Positions 59,075 to 64,000 of a stretch of DNA of 64,000 bases are shown in pieces (the stretch's first letter is position 1; every line of letters starts with the position of its first letter). The DNA lies in assembly GCA_963751345.1 (NCBI GenBank), contig CAVVUS010000044.1, forward strand, positions 1 through 64,000. Direction: 5' to 3'. The position numbers were made by a program, and so were the translations under genes. This DNA comes from an uncultured Chloroflexia bacterium. GTDB lineage: Bacteria; Chloroflexota; Anaerolineae; B4-G1; SLSP01. The notes under the pieces were generated by a model that was not told the DNA's origin, made no database searches, and worked only from the letters and a program-made list of their open reading frames with translations.

Positions 59075-60364
59075 CTAGAAGGGGCGGGGAGCTGCGCCCA
59101 TCAGGTAGCCGAAACGTTCCATCAACTGCTCCGGCGTCATGTTGGTCTGTGCGGCCATTCTCGAGATCAGGATGTCGTCGTCGGCGTTCTCTTCCTTGAG
59201 ACGCACCATCAGCTTGTACGCTGAGTGGTACTGGGCGGAGTCCACATCGACGATGCGCACCTCGGTGCGCCCGGTCTCAGGATCCATCATGTCGTCAAAG
59301 GGGATCGGGACCACATGGCCATTCTGGATCGTCACGGTAGCGTGGCTGCCGCCGCTGAGCAGGAACTCAACCGCAGCCTGCCCGATGCTCCGCGTATAGT
59401 CGATGTCGTAGGGACTGGGGTCACAACTGCGGAGTTCGTACCCAATGTCCTTACTGACGAGGCGCATATCGATGCCGATCTCCTTGAGCTCGGTGCGAAC
59501 GGCCTTGCGCAGCGTGTCCCCGATGTTGATCTCGGCAAGTCGGACGTGGCCGTGCTCGTCCCTCTCAGCATTGTTAATTTCGTCAAAGTCTGACGGATCC
59601 ATCAACTCGACCAGACCCTCGGCAACCACGGCGACGCCGTGGTTGCGTCCCTCCGCGAGCCTGCGCAAGATCGATGCGACGAGGACGTCCACGACCTCCT
59701 GCATCCGCACTCTGCGCCCACGCCACTCCTCTGGGATGAGGGTAAGGGTCGCGCCCGAGCTACGGCCTATGGCGAGGGCAAGATGCCCGGCTTTGCGGCC
59801 CATGGCCACGACGATATACCATCTCTGGGTCGTCAAGGCGTCCTCCATCAGGCTCAAGACGATGCGCGCACCCGTGTCGCGGGCGGTCTCGAACCCGAAG
59901 GTGGGAATCTCGTAGGGCAGGGGCAGATCGTTATCGATGGTCTTCGGCGCGTGTGCGGTGCGGATCCGAACCCCAAGGTTCTCGTCAGCGTAGCGAGCCA
60001 CGCGGTAGGCAGAATAGGCCGTGTCGTCGCCGCCGATGGCCAGAAGGCAGCTAATGCCGTTGTCGATGAGGGCCTGACCACACTTGCGCAGCAGCGCCTC
60101 GTCGCGCGTTGGGTTCGCGCGGGACGTGTAGAGAATCGATCCGCCGCGGCTGTAGATGCGCGTGACGTCATCAAACGTGAGGCTCTGTCCGACGACCTTG
60201 CCCTCCATCAAGTGCTTGAAGCCCTCGCGGATGCCAATGACTTCCATCCCGTTGTTGAGTGCTTCAATCGTCGCCGCGTGAATCACGCCGTTGATGCCGG
60301 GGGCGGGGCCTCCGCCCACGAGAATACCGAGTTTGCCGTGTTTGGATTCGTAGATCATGCCCAT
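59075..60364 (-). CDS. pfp: Pyrophosphate-dependent phosphofructokinase
   Basis: GGGPAPGINGVI, SRANP, IGGDDT (Asp, PPi type), PKTIDNDL, MGRKAGHLA, GYELR. Confidence 0.93.
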   Translation of the reverse strand: MGMIYESKHGKLGILVGGGPAPGINGVIHAATIEALNNGMEVIGIREGFKHLMEGKVVGQSLTFDDVTRIYSRGGSILYTSRANPTRDEALLRKCGQALIDNGISCLLAIGGDDTAYSAYRVARYADENLGVRIRTAHAPKTIDNDLPLPYEIPTFGFETARDTGARIVLSLMEDALTTQRWYIVVAMGRKAGHLALAIGRSSGATLTLIPEEWRGRRVRMQEVVDVLVASILRRLAEGRNHGVAVVAEGLVELMDPSDFDEINNAERDEHGHVRLAEINIGDTLRKAVRTELKEIGIDMRLVSKDIGYELRSCDPSPYDIDYTRSIGQAAVEFLLSGGSHATVTIQNGHVVPIPFDDMMDPETGRTEVRIVDVDSAQYHSAYKLMVRLKEENADDDILISRMAAQTNMTPEQLMERFGYLMGAAPRPF

Positions 60365-60504
60365 AGGTTGCCTCTCTTCAATGATTGTAGGTTTGCTTGA
60401 GCCGCAGGACGGCCAGCCTCGGCGAAGTATAACGTAAGTTAGGTCTCAGGCAATGACACCTAACCTTGCCCGTTTACCGGTTGACTGCGCGACCCAAAGG
60501 CAGA

Positions 60505-60891
60505 TCAACTACCCATGGGGGTGCCACGCTGCGCGAGCTGGAGCGCGATACCCCACGGGTCGCGTAGCATTACGAGACGCGTCCCGTCGGCTGAAGTTGA
60601 GTCCGAGAGCTCCGAAGCTCCGGCAGCGAGCAGCCGGGCCTTCGTCGCGCCCATATCCTCCACTGCGAAGGCGACGTGGACGACGAGAGGGTCCTGTTGT
60701 GTGTAGTCGGGAATCGGAGCCTTGGTGTTGGCATAGAGCTCGAAGATCACCCGGCCCGTGGCGTCGGCCAGGAATCGCATATAGGGTGGGCCATCGCCCG
60801 AACGCACGATGCGCATACCGCAGTTGTCGACGTACCACTCTGCCATCGATCTGGGGTCGGGCACATTGAGGGCGACGTGTTCGAAATACAT
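60505..60891 (-). CDS. VOC (glyoxalase/bleomycin resistance) family protein
   Basis: FEHVALNV, HVAFAVED, LRDPWGIALQL; GAGGAGG RBS. Confidence 0.9.
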   Translation of the reverse strand: MYFEHVALNVPDPRSMAEWYVDNCGMRIVRSGDGPPYMRFLADATGRVIFELYANTKAPIPDYTQQDPLVVHVAFAVEDMGATKARLLAAGASELSDSTSADGTRLVMLRDPWGIALQLAQRGTPMGS

Positions 60892-61167
60892 ACTGGGGCC
60901 TCCTCTGGTGTTATTGCCGCGCTTGATGGCATCCGATGACGGCTCTTGCGCGAGCACGGTAACGATGTCGTCCGATTGTACCTGCAAGCCCCTCAGGCGC
61001 AACAGCCCGGCCCTGCAAAGGCTGGAGTGGCATCGGTTTGTGTGGAGCCCAGTGGTCAGGTCTCACTCACCACCTAGAGTAGGGCGCCCGACGTGTCGCA
61101 GGAAAGCCACGCACCAAGCGTCAGGTTTGCGTCAAGTATTCCAGCAGACATCTGCTATTCTATATGT

Positions 61168-61254
61168 AGATCGCGCAGGAACGCGAGTGACATTAGATTC
61201 TCCTCCTTCTGGAGAACCGGAGGCATTGGGGACAGCCTCCGGTTCTTCACGTCT
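61168..61254 (+). ncRNA. Candidate sRNA copy 1 (anti-SD seed plus 3' hairpin)
   Basis: TGCTATTCT extended -10 at 61153-61161; CAT-N6-CTCCTCCTT; 14-bp stem 61211-61248. Confidence 0.55.
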
Positions 61255-61388
61255 ATGGAAGTATCCTCGGGTAACCAAACCTACTTCAGACCAACTGCGG
61301 CTGATTTTCCCGATACTGTAGGGATGACGTCAGCTAAACATCAGATAATCGTCAGGCGTGATCGCCATAATTATGCTATATTTATCAT

Positions 61389-61472
61389 ACAAAACAGGGA
61401 CGCACACGACGTGAGATTTCCTCCTTTTGGAGAGCCGGAGGCTTCGGGGGCAGCCTCCGGCTCTTCGCGTCT
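61389..61472 (+). ncRNA. Candidate sRNA copy 2 (paralog of copy 1)
   Basis: TGCTATATT extended -10 at 61374-61382; TTCCTCCTTTT; 14-bp stem 61429-61466 with a compensatory change relative to copy 1. Confidence 0.55.
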
Positions 61473-61701
61473 CCAGGCCCAGTGGCGCTAAGGCCGGGCG
61501 CCTTCAGCCAGCCCCTGGGCCCCGTGCAAAGCCTTCCTTCCGTTTCATTCTAGGTAGGGGACGAACTCAGGCGGTATCGTGACGTAGCCTTGCATCGAGT
61601 CGAAGGCATCTCCGGTGGCCATAGGATAGGGCTCCGCCAACCAGGGATGAATATCGGAGACTTACGCGTGAAGCCGGTATCCCGGCCCGTGACACCCCAG
61701 A

Positions 61702-63568
61702 TCAGTAGACGACATCCATTCCACAGGTATCCGGGTTGCCAGAGCACCGAAACCGAAGCTCGTACCGGTGCCCCTTGTCGTCGATCAGATAGAGCGGTTC
61801 CGCGTGCTGCAGCGCTGCCCCGGCTTGCGGACACCATCCGAGCTCTTCCTTGATGCAGTAACGGGTCGTCATAACGACCCGCCCACGCATGTCGAGGCCC
61901 GATTCTGCGGCAGGCTCGATCTCGGTCACGCCGTGGCGACGATAGAAGTCCGCTGCTCTCTCATTCAGGACGTTGCCGCGGAACGTGAGTGTGCGTTCGG
62001 GGTAGGAGGCGTTGCTGGGCTCGGCGCGCCCTGCCATCACCGGCCGGTTAGTTTCACGGACAGCCGCCAGTCGCTCCAGCGCGTCGCGGCGCGCCTCGTT
62101 GAGTGCCGAGAAGCTGAGGAAACACGGCTCAGACCACGCAAGCGTGACGGACTCGCAGCGGTAGGGTGTGCCTCCGGTCTTCGCGAGTTGCTTCCGGGCG
62201 GTCTCCTCGGCTTGATCCGGCTTGCGGGCGATGACTTTTTCTCCGGCTAGCGACACTGTGGCGAGGTTGCCGTCCTCGTCCTCGACCTGCAGTCTCAGGC
62301 CGGTCGGCATTTCTCGCAAGGGTGAAATGCACTCCGATGGTGCGCTCAGGCCGTGCCTCCTCGATCTTGCGGAAGAAGTCGTGATCGTGGTTGCGATAGA
62401 TGCGTAGGCCTGCGCGAATGCCGTCCATGGTGTTGGGCGTCACGATGAGCGCCTGCCCTCTGCGTTGGCTGCCGTTCACGAGCGTCCCGGCCAGCTTGGC
62501 ATCGGCGCCGAAGAAGGCGAGGCCGTCTCCGTTGTGAAGCTCGACGTCGGTGTTCAGCCGGAAGTGTCGATCGTCAACCGCTGTCACAGACCCTATGAGT
62601 TCGCCCAGCATCTTGGGGGTCTCGATGGAGCCCGGCGATTCCTCTCGCCCGTGGAGGAAGTACGACGTGAAGCCTCGGTTGAAGGTCTTGTCGACGTCTG
62701 GCGACAACGCCCACCGGCTCATGCCCGACGAACTCCGGCGCAGGCCACGGCTCTGCATCTGGCGGTCGAGGGCCCGGCGATAGGCGCTGACGACATTGGT
62801 GACGTAGGCAGCGTCCTTGAGCCGCCCCTCGATCTTGAACGAGGACACGCCGGCATCGAGCATCTCGCCCAGGTCCTCCATCCGGTTCATATCGCGTAGT
62901 GATAGAAGATGGCGATCCCGGACCAGCACGTGTCCTTGGGCATCGGCGAGGTGATAGCTCCGCCGGCATGGTTGCGCGCAATCCCCGCGATTGCCGCTAC
63001 GGCCGCCCACGGCGTAGCTCATATAGCATTGGCCGCTGTAGCTGACGCACAGCGCTCCGTGCACGAAGGCCTCCAGCTCGATGGACTCTGTCGCGTCGCG
63101 AATGGCCCGGATCTCATCAAGCGTCAGCTCGCGGGCGAGGATGGCGCGGCGAAAGCCGACTTGCTCCAGGAACCGAACGCGCTCGGGCGTCGCGTTGTGC
63201 ATTTGGGTGCTGGCGATAAGGGAGATGGGGGGCAGGTCGCATTCGAGCAAGCCGACGTCCTGGACGATGACGGCGTCGACGCCGATGCGGTGGAGATCGC
63301 GGATGAGTTCAACCGCCGCGGGTAGCTCGTCGTCGTAGAGCAGCGTGTTGACCGTGACGTACACTCGCGCCCAATAGATGTGGGCGTAGGCGACCAGGGC
63401 CGCGATATCGTCGAGGTCGTTGCCCGCCCTGGTGCGGGCGCCAAAGCGCGGCGCGCCGATGTAGACGGCGTCGGCGCCCGCGTCGATGGCGGCTTTGCCG
63501 CAGACGAGGTCGCGGGCGGGCGCAAGAAGCTCAGTTGCCTACATCACTTGGTTCTCGGTACTCGTCAT
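61702..63568 (-). CDS. U32 family peptidase with DUF3656 (RlhA-like rRNA hydroxylation protein); in-frame TAG near the start and frameshift near 62310
   Basis: ELLAPA..GADAVYIG..FGAR (hand-translated), ASTQM, LARELT, FVHGALCVSYSGQC, RSGNRGDCAQPCR, KIEGR, QLAKTGGTPY, MTTRYC. Confidence 0.88.
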
Positions 63569-63611
63569 TGATAGGGTGCATGCTATCAGGGGACGGGCGT
63601 GGGGTCAATGG

Positions 63612-64000
63612 TCAGTCCCCAAGGTTGACGGTCAGGCTCTCAGGCGTGAGCTTGTCCCACGCGCCGCGCTCAGGGCCAAGGTACCAGACACCGCCGTCGA
63701 GGGCGAGTAGGTAGGTTCCGTTGTACTTGTAGCGCGTCGTGCGTTGGAGCGCGGTGGTGTAGCCTTGCTCGCCATCGGTAGCCCACCCGAGCCGGTCACG
63801 CACGCCGGGCTCGTCGCGCCAGACAAGGCCAAAGCCACGGATCGGCTGCTGCAGCCCCTCCGGCGGCTGAAGCTCCGGGTCGCGGTCGGGCATGCCCTCC
63901 TGCCAGCGGTCCTCGAAACGCGTCCACCTGGTGGTGATCCCCACATCGTCGAAAAGCACGTAGACCACGTCCTCGGCGCCAACCCACACCATCGTCCCGT
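63612..64000 (-). CDS. C-terminal part of a secreted or surface protein; 5' end outside the window
   Basis: PPEGLQQPIRGFGLVWRDEPGVRDRLGWA motif, typical of Chloroflexota extracellular proteins. Confidence 0.75.
   Translation of the reverse strand, partial: GTMVWVGAEDVVYVLFDDVGITTRWTRFEDRWQEGMPDRDPELQPPEGLQQPIRGFGLVWRDEPGVRDRLGWATDGEQGYTTALQRTTRYKYNGTYLLALDGGVWYLGPERGAWDKLTPESLTVNLGD

Noticed and set aside
61155-61193. Type I toxin or small peptides read from the minus-strand AAGGAGG sites
   Set aside because: Copy 1 gives MSLAFLRDLHIE (12 aa) and copy 2 an unrelated, poorly spaced GTG ORF. The peptides are not conserved and lack a TM helix, whereas the plus-strand promoters and RNA structure are conserved.
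61545-61700. Third RNA gene or small ORF (..MATGDAFDSMQGYVTIPPEFVPYLE on the minus strand)
   Set aside because: No RBS, no recognisable family and no similarity to the two sRNA units.
63539-63541. Pyrrolysine or amber readthrough at the in-frame TAG near the U32 gene start
   Set aside because: It lies in a non-conserved N-terminal stretch of a gene with another indel, and no pyl genes are visible; sequence error is more likely.

Overview
GC-rich bacterial chromosomal window of about 55 genes. The gene content and the C-terminal LPxV/L-type tails point to Chloroflexota (Anaerolineae-like), which is an inference. Housekeeping and metabolic genes include serS, queG, ruvB, phoU, folD, fhs, mscL, murJ, gltX, xylB, pfp, GH36 and GH127 hydrolases, an OmpR-type two-component system with htrA, and a U32 peptidase. 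No rRNA, tRNA, CRISPR array or transposase is visible. About ten genes carry frameshifts that look like uncorrected long-read indels. Main hunt results: (1) a complete classical attenuator upstream of gltX, made of a TTGACA/TACGAT promoter, a leaderless 23-aa peptide with QQREQQ, and mutually exclusive antiterminator/terminator helices; (2) two tandem paralogous anti-Shine-Dalgarno sRNA candidates, each with an extended -10, 11-bp-phased CGTCA repeats and a covarying hairpin; (3) a ubiA/ubiD menaquinone-type operon enclosing an ABC importer with two binding proteins, a possible quinone head-group salvage system; (4) a DppC permease fused to a beta-propeller; (5) a membrane pseudokinase; (6) phased CTTAAGG repeats upstream of htrA.
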